The position numbers were made by a program, and so were the translations under genes. From the IMG/VR virus record IMGVR_UViG_3300046733_000629: DNA of 64,000 nucleotides; one strand, 5' to 3'. The notes below the pieces were generated by a model that did no database searches, was not told the DNA's origin, and worked only from the letters and a program-made list of their open reading frames with translations. Numbering within the stretch: position 1 is the first letter of the stretch; each line of letters opens with the position of its first letter. Positions 36,713-46,218 of this stretch are shown piece by piece. Source of the stretch: a virus. Its lineage: Duplodnaviria > Caudoviricetes.

Positions 36713-39439
36713 ATGCCCACTAAGCCGGCCAAAGTATTAACAGGCACCATTATTGATGCCACACACATGACAGATCTTATGAATTATTATAATGAGATTT
36801 GGGCTGGCGGATCGTATGCATACGATGCCAATCATAGTTCATCAACTGATGATAGAAGATTTGGTTGGGGACAGACTACAGCAACATTAATACCAACACC
36901 AATTACTGGTGAACTAATTACAGCTGATGTTTTTAACCAAGCAATAGCACAAGTAAATGCAGGGCAATATCATATAAGTGATTTACCAGGAAACTTATTA
37001 ATTAAACTTGGCGTAGGCGACAAGATATTAAATACACGAGGAGCAAGTCCAGCTAACGCACCTGCTCATTACAATAATATAATATCCAAAATTGAAAATT
37101 TACAAAACAATAAGTATGTAGTTGACTGGTCAGATTGGGATAAAGATAGACTTATATCTCTCAATACGCAACCATGGGACGAAGATTTATCAGTTGTACA
37201 CAAGTTTTCTTTTACAGATTATAACGAAGCTAGACACTTTTTTAACAGTGGCGGAGAGCTAACATTAGAATTAGAAATGGATCCGGGTGGACCTCCAGGT
37301 AATGATGTATGGAGACAAGTGTTTGATCAATTTGATAGTATTAGAATTGGTGCAGAAACTTGTAGAGTAGTTGCTGATAATGTATATGATATATTGTCTA
37401 CAAGCACAGTAAACCCAAAAGGATTCTACAATGGTATTGCATTTGGACAAGACTTTAGTACTATATTAGATGCAGGTGTATTTAAGTTTGCTGGAGCACA
37501 AGGCGAATACGAATATGCATATGTTTACGTGTATAGTGAATACAACAGTAGAAGAATTCAATTACAAATTAAAGCAGATGAAGTAGGTGGAACATTTAAC
37601 GTATATGTTAGAGTTAACCTAATAGAAGATGAAGATGATACATTTGCAATTTCTCAGCCTATCAAATTATATTCAGGTTGGGTTAATCCAACACAAGCAC
37701 CAGTAAGTGGTGATGGTAATGAAAGTTACATGACTGCTAATAGTGGAACTATATATAGATTTGATGAAAGAACAGCTCCTATCATTACAGAAGATACACC
37801 ATGGAATAAAGTAGACCTTGCATCAGGCATGCAATTAGATGCTAATGGAGGTAAGGATTGGGTTGGTACTACATTACGTAACATACCAGTAGCATACTTA
37901 ACAGTTGGCAAGCAATATGTAATTAAAACTATAGGCACCACAGACTGGACAACAGTAGGTGCATCAGACAGTAATTTAGAAACAGTATTTACAGCAACAC
38001 AAACGGGTGTTGGAACTGGTATAGCAGACGAAATACAAACAGCATCAACAGATCCAGGTATTAACTGGTACAACAAAGGTCGTTGGGGCTTCAGCACAAA
38101 ATTCCAACTTCCAGCAACTACTATAACACCTACAATAGGTAACACAACAGTATTTGTTGAACCTGTAAGTATCAATAGAGGACAATACTCACAAGACATT
38201 ATAGCAACATTAACAGATGTATCTGCAACAGCAAGTGCATCAAATGTAACAATAACATTCTATGATCAAGCTGGTGCGGCGTTAGCTTCACCAACAGTAA
38301 CTTATGCAAATAACAAAGCAACGGTTGCAGAAGCAGACTTACCTACAGTTTGGCACAGTGCAAAAGCAACTGATGTTGCAAGTGGATGGAGTACAGCAGG
38401 ATTAGCGTATGTAAATAATACAGCACCTGTTCAGCCCACACAACCTGCATCGTATCAACTTACAATGATTAAAGATGGTGTAGTGTCAACGGACAACGTT
38501 GCAGAAGATGGAACACAAATTAAAATTAAATTAAACACTACTAATGTTGCAGACGGAGTGTTTAGTTATGAAATTAGTGGAAACAATATCACAACAGCAG
38601 ATATTAATAATGCATCACTAACAGGATCATTTACAACGACAAATGGTGTTGGTGAAGTATTGATAAACATTTCAGCAGATTCACTGACTGAAGGAGTTGA
38701 AACATTAACATTTAGTATACTTAATACTAGTGCATCAATAAATGTTTTAATTAACGATACAAGCATTTCGCCTACAGTATACACAAACAATTATGACGGT
38801 GTTAGTGTTTTCCAACAAATGGAACAAACTGCAGCCAATAACTTAACACCTACATTAACAGGATGGGTTAAAGTTACTGATGGAAGCGGCATACTAATTT
38901 CTAATTCAGAAAGAGACAATGTAATTGCAGCTTTACAATCAGACAATGCAGTGGCAGACTTTGTAAATACATTTAGTAATGATGGATATACTACTAGTAA
39001 TACAAATGACTTATTAGCACTTGCAATTCAAGATACTGTAACAGAGTGGAACAATGCAGTTAATGCAGTAGGTTTGTCAAATATTAATGGATATTCAGCA
39101 ATATACAATTCTGGAACAATTTTAACACAAGGTATGTTAGGATCAACATATACTTCGCCAACGTCAGGTGCAGAGTACACTAGAACAGATCCAGCATCAC
39201 ATACTACAATAACTTATGCACCAAACCTTAATACAAATGATTATCTATCATTAACAAATGGTAACATAGCTGCTCTAGAAGATGCTATCAACGGTGCTAG
39301 AGGTGTTACAATGTCAGCTAGTGAACGTGCCGTTATTATTGCACTTGTAACAGCATTAGCAAATACTGTAATAGCTCTTGTTAATGCATTAACACTAGAC
39401 TTAGATATACACGATTACACACGTTCAAATAACAGCTAA
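36713..39439 (+). CDS. Tail fibre / receptor-binding protein
   Basis: 908 aa, Thr/Asn/Gly-rich; FS.TDYNEARHFFNSGG collar-like segment, YVIKTIGTTDWTTVGA motif, Ig/Calx-like SADSLTEGVETLTF. Confidence 0.65.
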   Translation: MPTKPAKVLTGTIIDATHMTDLMNYYNEIWAGGSYAYDANHSSSTDDRRFGWGQTTATLIPTPITGELITADVFNQAIAQVNAGQYHISDLPGNLLIKLGVGDKILNTRGASPANAPAHYNNIISKIENLQNNKYVVDWSDWDKDRLISLNTQPWDEDLSVVHKFSFTDYNEARHFFNSGGELTLELEMDPGGPPGNDVWRQVFDQFDSIRIGAETCRVVADNVYDILSTSTVNPKGFYNGIAFGQDFSTILDAGVFKFAGAQGEYEYAYVYVYSEYNSRRIQLQIKADEVGGTFNVYVRVNLIEDEDDTFAISQPIKLYSGWVNPTQAPVSGDGNESYMTANSGTIYRFDERTAPIITEDTPWNKVDLASGMQLDANGGKDWVGTTLRNIPVAYLTVGKQYVIKTIGTTDWTTVGASDSNLETVFTATQTGVGTGIADEIQTASTDPGINWYNKGRWGFSTKFQLPATTITPTIGNTTVFVEPVSINRGQYSQDIIATLTDVSATASASNVTITFYDQAGAALASPTVTYANNKATVAEADLPTVWHSAKATDVASGWSTAGLAYVNNTAPVQPTQPASYQLTMIKDGVVSTDNVAEDGTQIKIKLNTTNVADGVFSYEISGNNITTADINNASLTGSFTTTNGVGEVLINISADSLTEGVETLTFSILNTSASINVLINDTSISPTVYTNNYDGVSVFQQMEQTAANNLTPTLTGWVKVTDGSGILISNSERDNVIAALQSDNAVADFVNTFSNDGYTTSNTNDLLALAIQDTVTEWNNAVNAVGLSNINGYSAIYNSGTILTQGMLGSTYTSPTSGAEYTRTDPASHTTITYAPNLNTNDYLSLTNGNIAALEDAINGARGVTMSASERAVIIALVTALANTVIALVNALTLDLDIHDYTRSNNS

Positions 39440-39446
39440 TTCACCA

Positions 39447-39475
39447 TTGACAAAAGCCGATAAATAGTTTATTAT
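39447..39475 (+). promoter_or_regulatory. Composite promoter: sigma70 promoter with a late ATAAATA box nested in its spacer
   Basis: TTGACA(39447)-17 nt-TATTAT(39470); ATAAATA at 39460-39466. Confidence 0.65.
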
Positions 39476-39506
39476 ATACATATATAATTATATGAAGGAG
39501 TAGTCT

Positions 39507-39854
39507 ATGGACGAAAGACTTGAGAAGGCATTAGAGTTTAGTAATTATGCCTTAACAATTAATAACCAAAAACGTAACATTCGTAACAGAGTAGAGCAAT
39601 TACAAATTGTACACCACTTAGGCGGAGTGTTTAAAGCTGATCATGAAACTATTGGGTTTATTAAAACCTTAATTGATCTAGAACACAAACAGTTTATTGT
39701 AATTGATAGTAAACAAAATCCTATTACAGTTAGAAGTTTACAAGAATTATTTGATAAACTAGTAGATGCATATACGAGTGCTACTACTGAGTTTGAAATT
39801 GAAAACGAAAAGCTAAAGAAAGCACGTAACATTAAAAAAGTAATGGATTGGTAA
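39507..39854 (+). CDS. Hypothetical protein (tail-fibre-associated, chaperone-like)
   Basis: MDERLEKALEFSNYALTINNQK...; strong AAGGAG SD; first gene after the fibres. Confidence 0.6.
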   Translation: MDERLEKALEFSNYALTINNQKRNIRNRVEQLQIVHHLGGVFKADHETIGFIKTLIDLEHKQFIVIDSKQNPITVRSLQELFDKLVDAYTSATTEFEIENEKLKKARNIKKVMDW

Positions 39855-40750
39855 TGACAGAATACTCAGCACCAAAAGGTGTTTGTTTCTATGCTTACAA
39901 TAATGATCAACTTGATTATGTAAGAATGGCATTGCTGGCTGGCAAGTATGTTAAGAAATACTTGAACTTACCAGTGTGCTTAATTACTGATGAAGGATCA
40001 GAAGCTTGGCTAGAACAAAGTAATCCTTCAGAAGTTGTTGACTCAGTGTTTGATTATATAATTGTAACTAACGATGAAATGAAATCAAATGCAAGACGAC
40101 ACTATGACAGTCCGTGGACTGAGTTTTCAGCACAATTTAATAACAGTAACAAACATAAAATTTATGAATACAGTCCTTTTGAAAAAACATTACTATTAGA
40201 TATTGACTATATTGTAAAGTCAGATAAACTATTAAAATACTTTGAAGGCGATCATAATGTATGCATGTATGATAATGCATTAACATTACGCAACGAACTA
40301 CCCGCTGACAGAGAGCGTTTCTTATATGACGCTGGTATTAAGATGTGGTGGAGTACAGTTGTGTACTTTGATAGAAGTGACTTTAGTAAAATGTTTTTTG
40401 ATACATGGGCTCATGTTGCAGACAATTATGAATTCTATCAATACCTATATAACTTTCCAAGTAAACTATTCCGTACTGATTATTGTGTTAGTATTGCAGT
40501 ACACATATTATCTGGTATGACAGGCGAACACGACTTGTTAGGAAACTTTGATAATACTTCTATGTATAACATGAGTCAAAAAGATGATTTAATAGAATCA
40601 GAAAATTTAACCGACTGGATATTTTTAGCACATAGTCCTAGAGAGCAATGGAAAAATATTTTAGTAAGATCAAAAAGTGATGTTCATGTTATGAACAAAA
40701 GAGCATTAGGTAGAGCCTTGCCAACCTTAATGGAGAAGTTTGATGTCTAA
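39854..40750 (+). CDS. GT-A fold glycosyltransferase-like protein
   Basis: KGVCFYAYNN..DY..MA, VCLITD, YEYSPFEKTLLLDIDY (DxD); TAATG coupling with the previous gene. Confidence 0.65.
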   Translation: MTEYSAPKGVCFYAYNNDQLDYVRMALLAGKYVKKYLNLPVCLITDEGSEAWLEQSNPSEVVDSVFDYIIVTNDEMKSNARRHYDSPWTEFSAQFNNSNKHKIYEYSPFEKTLLLDIDYIVKSDKLLKYFEGDHNVCMYDNALTLRNELPADRERFLYDAGIKMWWSTVVYFDRSDFSKMFFDTWAHVADNYEFYQYLYNFPSKLFRTDYCVSIAVHILSGMTGEHDLLGNFDNTSMYNMSQKDDLIESENLTDWIFLAHSPREQWKNILVRSKSDVHVMNKRALGRALPTLMEKFDV

Positions 40751-41612
40751 TGAACTGCTAGTTGAAAAAGAAGATAGAGGTTATTTAATTCTTGCAATGC
40801 AAGATTTTGAATATGAACAAGCCGCCGCTCTTGCATACAGTATTAAAATACATAACAAAGATGCTAGTGTAGCTATTGTAACAAATTACATGGACCGGAT
40901 ACCTCATCATCATCATGATATATTTGATTATATGATTGACCTTCCGTATGGTAGTAATGAAGTTACAGGAACTAATGAATGGCAACTGTATTGGTGTACA
41001 CCATATGTTCACAACATGGTAATCAATTGTGCTAGCTTAGTAAAAGAAAATCATAACAGTGCATGGGAATATTTAATTGACCATCACGAGATATGTTTCT
41101 TTTCTGATTCAACAGACTTTAAAGGTACACAGTTAGCTAATAAAAAATTAAATGTACTATGGGCTGAATATAGATTTAACACAGTACATAGTAATATGTA
41201 TTACTTTAAGCATGATACAGATGTATCGTTGGCATACTTTAAACTTGCTGATGTGTTTATGCAGAACTGGCGAGATGTATATTCTCATTACTTTAAAGAA
41301 CAACACAAACCAACACAATACAGCAACGATGTTATGCATAGCATTATTAACACAGTAGTATTACATGACGAAGTATTACAAAATAAAAATATAATTAACA
41401 CAGTAAACATGCCTATAACATTAACAGATGGAGTAATAGGTATATGGGACAAATGGACAGACAGATTAAATGTATGGTCTAGCAAAGGAGCTAAAGTTAA
41501 AATACAAAACTTTGCTATGTCTACTAATTTGTACTATGGGGAACAAGAGTTTCTAACACAAGAAATATTAGATGAGCACCGAGACACTTACAGAATTACA
41601 GCCAAGCGATAG
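40740..41612 (+). CDS. Glycosyltransferase-like paralogue with a degenerate DxD motif
   Basis: RGYLILA, YEQAAALAYSIK, VAIVT, NEWQLYWCTPY align with the previous gene; NCA at the DxD position. Confidence 0.55.
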   Translation: MMSNELLVEKEDRGYLILAMQDFEYEQAAALAYSIKIHNKDASVAIVTNYMDRIPHHHHDIFDYMIDLPYGSNEVTGTNEWQLYWCTPYVHNMVINCASLVKENHNSAWEYLIDHHEICFFSDSTDFKGTQLANKKLNVLWAEYRFNTVHSNMYYFKHDTDVSLAYFKLADVFMQNWRDVYSHYFKEQHKPTQYSNDVMHSIINTVVLHDEVLQNKNIINTVNMPITLTDGVIGIWDKWTDRLNVWSSKGAKVKIQNFAMSTNLYYGEQEFLTQEILDEHRDTYRITAKR

Positions 41613-42582
41613 TACTGAGAATTATAATAAAAGAAAATATTATATTCTCTTTGACCAAAAGACTGGCAAGATTAAAAAGATTAGTAACGCAGTACAACAA
41701 GTTCCCAATGGTTTAATGCAAACACAATCTTGGAATCCAGTATGTAAACATATTATCAAAGGTACTCAGAGCCTTAAGAAGTATGGAATGATATGGGACA
41801 TACAAGAAGAAAAATATGACATAGACTATCGTAGTACAACATTAATGATTGAATCAATTAATAATAAACTACAACCATTTAGTACAGAAGTTGATCCTAC
41901 AGTATCTGAAATGTTTGTAAAAGTATTATACGAAGACAATCAAGTACTAGTAGAAGTAAACAAAGATAATATTAAAAGTATTAAAAACCTAAGTGACATA
42001 ACAGAAATATCTACATCAGAAAATAAACTGTTAGATATTTTTATTACAAAAAAGCTAGACCCAGATTATCTAATTGATATTGTTGAAGTTGATCCACTTG
42101 TACTGTTTAAAACGGGCAAGCAACTAATAGAGTTAAACAGTGATATATCAGCTAAGGTTGACTGGAGTAACATAAGTTTATATTCAAAGTCAGTGTTTAA
42201 TAACTATGGTTGGACACTACAGTCTAGCTTAAATAAAAATCAACAGTTCTTAGGAACAAAAAGAGTTTTACAACACAATACCTACTCAGAAAGATCGAAC
42301 ATAAATATTAACGTAGTAGATAATATACTTCATATAGATAGCGATATATCTGACAAGGAGTTATATTATTTTGAAGGTAAGAACAAATTACGTTTTGTAG
42401 TATGCGATGGAAGCATTGATAAACTTGTTGGAGCATTTGAAGTAACAAGTGGACAACTACTACAAAAGAATTCAACACTAAGTATTGGATTTGATTGGCC
42501 TAGTAAGCCAATATTACTTTACAGAAACAATTACATAACAGTTAACACACACGGAGAGATTATAAATGACACAAATGACTAG
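41572..42582 (+). CDS. Hypothetical protein
   Basis: 336-aa ORF coupled within the operon; no motif recognised. Confidence 0.6.
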   Translation: MSTETLTELQPSDSTENYNKRKYYILFDQKTGKIKKISNAVQQVPNGLMQTQSWNPVCKHIIKGTQSLKKYGMIWDIQEEKYDIDYRSTTLMIESINNKLQPFSTEVDPTVSEMFVKVLYEDNQVLVEVNKDNIKSIKNLSDITEISTSENKLLDIFITKKLDPDYLIDIVEVDPLVLFKTGKQLIELNSDISAKVDWSNISLYSKSVFNNYGWTLQSSLNKNQQFLGTKRVLQHNTYSERSNININVVDNILHIDSDISDKELYYFEGKNKLRFVVCDGSIDKLVGAFEVTSGQLLQKNSTLSIGFDWPSKPILLYRNNYITVNTHGEIINDTND

Positions 42583-43552
42583 CATCAACGAATTTGATAT
42601 TGTTTTTATCAGCTACGATGAACCGAATGCAGATGAAAACTATAACGACTTAATTAACAAAGCACCATGGGCTAAACGTAGCCACGGAGTGTTTGGCAGT
42701 GATGCCGCACACAAAGCCGCAGCCGACTTAGCTGAAACAGATAGATTTATTACAATAGACGCAGACAATATTGTTAGAGAAGATTTCTTTGGCATTGAAG
42801 TAGACATGGGTCGTATTAGAGACACTGATGTAATCAGTTGGGCTGGTAAGAATACTATCAATGGGTTAGTATATGGTAATGGTGGAATTAAATGTTGGCC
42901 AAAGCCTGTTGTGTATGGAATGCAAACACATGAGAATGCACCAGCTGGAGATAAAAGAGCACAGGTAGACTTTTGTTGGAATATCAACTACGTACAAATG
43001 AATAATATATATTGTGATGTAATGAATAATGCTAGTCCATTACAAGCATGGCGTGCTGGTTTCCGTGAAGGTGTTAAGATGGGATTGGTTGATGGAGATG
43101 TTGTAGACCCTACACAACTAAAAGATAAAGTACACAATAAAAATTATAAACGTTTACTTACATGGATGAGTGTTGGAGATGATTGTGATAATGGACTATG
43201 GGCAATCTATGGTGCAAGACTTGGCTGTCATATGACTAACATCACTAGAGAAAATTGGGACTGGAAAAATGTTAGAGACTTTGATTGGCTAACAAAATTT
43301 TACAAAGAAGAAGTACTACCAAACTTTGAAACAGATAGTGATCAGCTTTGTCCACGTACAGGAATGAAATGGAACTATGCTAAACTACAAAGCGAAAGCG
43401 ATAGACTTGGATATGATATACGTAGCAAACTTGATCTAGAGATTGCAGACTTAGGCAAAGAAGGTTCACGTTTCTTTAAAGAAGTATACATTAACCCTAG
43501 TAGACTTGGAGCACAAGTCAAAGAAGAGAATGTTGAGGATACATTAGAATAA
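42566..43552 (+). CDS. Glycosyltransferase family 2-like protein
   Basis: FDIVFISYDEPNADENY, HGVFGSDAAHKAAA, FITIDADNIV (DxD), YGNGGIKCW, QAWRAGFREGVKM. Confidence 0.7.
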   Translation: MTQMTSINEFDIVFISYDEPNADENYNDLINKAPWAKRSHGVFGSDAAHKAAADLAETDRFITIDADNIVREDFFGIEVDMGRIRDTDVISWAGKNTINGLVYGNGGIKCWPKPVVYGMQTHENAPAGDKRAQVDFCWNINYVQMNNIYCDVMNNASPLQAWRAGFREGVKMGLVDGDVVDPTQLKDKVHNKNYKRLLTWMSVGDDCDNGLWAIYGARLGCHMTNITRENWDWKNVRDFDWLTKFYKEEVLPNFETDSDQLCPRTGMKWNYAKLQSESDRLGYDIRSKLDLEIADLGKEGSRFFKEVYINPSRLGAQVKEENVEDTLE

Positions 43553-43708
43553 ATGTTAACTGAAAAAGAAGTAAGAGATATATTTAGACAACACATAAAA
43601 GATGATTCAGTGTTTGCTGAATGCTGGCCAGATACCGACCGTAACTTTTACGAATGGTGTTCACAGTATTTAGATTACAAACATATTGAAAGCAACGAAG
43701 ATGGCTAG
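43553..43708 (+). CDS. Small hypothetical protein (51 aa), not in the ORF track
   Basis: MLTEKEVRDIFRQHIKDDSVFAECWPDTDRNFYEWCSQYLDYKHIESNEDG; fills the gap exactly and overlaps the next start. Confidence 0.55.
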   Translation: MLTEKEVRDIFRQHIKDDSVFAECWPDTDRNFYEWCSQYLDYKHIESNEDG

Positions 43709-45329
43709 AAAATTAGAAGAAGTAGATTGGATCAGAGACGACCGAGGTGAAACATTACCCGGCGTAGCAAACAGAAACAAGATGCGTGACCTTCTCAATG
43801 AAACAGGTCCAGGATTCTGTTTGGCTAAATGGACACAAGTTACAATGCACTTAGGTAATGGACTAACACACAGTTGTCACCACCCAGGTGCACACAAGAT
43901 ACCATTAGAAGAATTAAAAGATAATCCTAGTGCATTACATAATACATTGTTTAAAAAAGAAAGACGCAAAGAAATGCTTAACGGCAAGCGTCCTGCAGAG
44001 TGTGACTTCTGTTGGCGAGTAGAAGACAATGGAGAGATAAGCGATCGTGTGCTTAAAAGTTTGCCTAGCTTCAGTAGTCCACATTATAATAAAATTAAAG
44101 ACTTAGATGGAGATGAAGATATATTTCCTACATATGTAGAAGTTAGCTTTGGTAACACTTGTAACTTTGCATGTGCTTATTGTGGGCCAGCGTTTAGTAG
44201 TAAATGGCAACAAGACATTGATCAAAACGGTGACTACAATATATTAAATCATCATTATAATCCAATTAAAGAATCAGAAGTACATATACCAAAGAGGGAA
44301 CATAATCCCTATATTGAAGCATTTTGGAAATGGTTTCCAGAAGCATATAAACATATGCATACGTTTCGTATTACAGGCGGCGAGCCTTTGTTACTTAAAG
44401 ATACATTTAAAGTTATTGACTTCTTAATGAAGAATCCAAATCCACAACTAGAGTTTAGTATTAATACTAATGCATGTCCACCAGGACACAAGTGGAAAGA
44501 GTTTGTAGAGAAAGTACAATACTTAACTGAGAATAATTGTGTTAAGAAATTTGATTTGTTTGTTAGTGCAGAAGCTACAGGCGACCGTTGTGATTACATA
44601 CGTGATGGTATGGACTGGAAGATGTTTAAAACAAATGTAGAATACTTTTTAGCTAACACAAAAGATACACGTGTTAACTTTATGGCTGCGTTTAATGTTT
44701 TAAGTTTAAGTACGTTTAAAGAATTATTAGAATGGGTATTAGAACTTAAACAAATGTATAGCTGGAATGGAATGGCAGCATGGTTTGAAGAAAAAGGTTT
44801 CTTAGGAACTGTACCAGGAAGTAAACCTTACAAAGAAAGAAAAGGTAAACAGCATAGTCGTGTTAGTATTGATACACCTTATGTTAGACATCCACCTTGG
44901 TTAGATCCTGCTATAGCTAGTAAAGAATTAATTAAAGAATATTTGATTCCTGCATTAGAGTTTATGTATGAGAATGTTGGTACACCTGACTTCTATGGTA
45001 CAAACAAGTTTGAAGATTGGGAATGTTTAAAACTAAAACGTAATACTATTGATTGTATTATAAAAGCAGATCAATTAGATGAAGATGGATTACATCAAGA
45101 CAAAGATTTAAAGTTAACAAGAAGTAAGTTTGGAAACTTTGTACAAGAATACGATAGACGAAGAGATAAAAAATTCTTAGAAGTGTTTCCAGAGTATACA
45201 GATTTTTATAATACTTGTATCAAAGAATATCAACAGATATGGGATGCACCAGAAACAGATGTAACATATGAAAAATACAAACAACAGTTAAAGGACGCAA
45301 AGAATGCCAAAAATATCCCTAGTAAGTAA
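43701..45329 (+). CDS. Radical SAM enzyme with an N-terminal SPASM/twitch-like auxiliary cluster domain
   Basis: CNFACAYC (CxxxCxxC), ITGGEP, INTN; N-terminal FCLAKW...HSCHHP...ECDFCW. Confidence 0.9.
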   Translation: MARKLEEVDWIRDDRGETLPGVANRNKMRDLLNETGPGFCLAKWTQVTMHLGNGLTHSCHHPGAHKIPLEELKDNPSALHNTLFKKERRKEMLNGKRPAECDFCWRVEDNGEISDRVLKSLPSFSSPHYNKIKDLDGDEDIFPTYVEVSFGNTCNFACAYCGPAFSSKWQQDIDQNGDYNILNHHYNPIKESEVHIPKREHNPYIEAFWKWFPEAYKHMHTFRITGGEPLLLKDTFKVIDFLMKNPNPQLEFSINTNACPPGHKWKEFVEKVQYLTENNCVKKFDLFVSAEATGDRCDYIRDGMDWKMFKTNVEYFLANTKDTRVNFMAAFNVLSLSTFKELLEWVLELKQMYSWNGMAAWFEEKGFLGTVPGSKPYKERKGKQHSRVSIDTPYVRHPPWLDPAIASKELIKEYLIPALEFMYENVGTPDFYGTNKFEDWECLKLKRNTIDCIIKADQLDEDGLHQDKDLKLTRSKFGNFVQEYDRRRDKKFLEVFPEYTDFYNTCIKEYQQIWDAPETDVTYEKYKQQLKDAKNAKNIPSK

Positions 45330-46218
45330 TTCAGGTAAGAAGGCTAGTTTTACTTTTGTAGATAACATTGTTGGTGAAACAATGTTTAACCTAATTAAAA
45401 AACGTGAAAAGAATATTAGACCATCTCATGGTAGCTTTAATATGTTTGCAGATCCAAGTGCAATAGAAGCAAAACTAAAAAAGATAGTTAAAGAAGCAAG
45501 TGCATTGGGTGTGGCTATGCCTAAGATACCAAACAGGCTAGATAGAGATACATTAAATAGAATACACGAAGCATTTCACGTAGTAGAAGAAGTATACAAA
45601 GCTACTGACAGTGACTTTAATATTTTAGATGAAGACAGTAAAACTATAAGAAGATTACTTAAAGATGTTAATTTCCTAGTACACGAACTTGAGAATGCAT
45701 TGTTTGGTTCAAAACGAGCTGCGTTTACAGTATTTTATATAGGCGAGTACAACATAAGTGACAGAGTAATACTTAACTCTGAGCTACGTAAGATGTTTAT
45801 AAGTACATCAATGCCTAACAGAGTAACACTACACGTTGGCTATGCTACTATAGGAAAGAATCTATTACATGCAGTAGCAGACAACGATATAGAAATAGTT
45901 AAGAATGGAAACCTAAGGCCACAACTTAGTTTAAGTACAGAAACAATATGGCATTGGAATCCAGTTAACTTAGTTAACACAAGCAAAGCTGACAAAGACG
46001 AACGTGACAAAAAAATGAGAGCTGAATGGGAAACTAAAGTTAGAAACTTTGTAGTAAACAATAATTTACAAGACTATGTAGGTTGGAAAGATCCTATACA
46101 TTATAACAGTGTACAACCTTGTTATGCATATTCAGATGATAACATGTCGTTGGAAGAATGGTATCACATGATTGATACAGATGGATTAGCACAAGTAGAA
46201 CTATATGAAGATAATTGA
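45304..46218 (+). CDS. Hypothetical protein
   Basis: 304-aa coupled ORF; His-containing motifs (LNRIHEAFH, LVHELE, LHVGYATIGK). Confidence 0.6.
   Translation: MPKISLVSNSGKKASFTFVDNIVGETMFNLIKKREKNIRPSHGSFNMFADPSAIEAKLKKIVKEASALGVAMPKIPNRLDRDTLNRIHEAFHVVEEVYKATDSDFNILDEDSKTIRRLLKDVNFLVHELENALFGSKRAAFTVFYIGEYNISDRVILNSELRKMFISTSMPNRVTLHVGYATIGKNLLHAVADNDIEIVKNGNLRPQLSLSTETIWHWNPVNLVNTSKADKDERDKKMRAEWETKVRNFVVNNNLQDYVGWKDPIHYNSVQPCYAYSDDNMSLEEWYHMIDTDGLAQVELYEDN

Noticed and set aside
458-38790. Many opposite-strand ORFs in the track (e.g. 458-658, 1807-2112, 7863-8354, 9787-10173, 17052-17429, 32191-32589, 37726-38199)
   Set aside because: Antisense shadows of real genes: Ser/Leu/Phe-rich, no SD or promoter, fully overlapped by well-supported CDSs.
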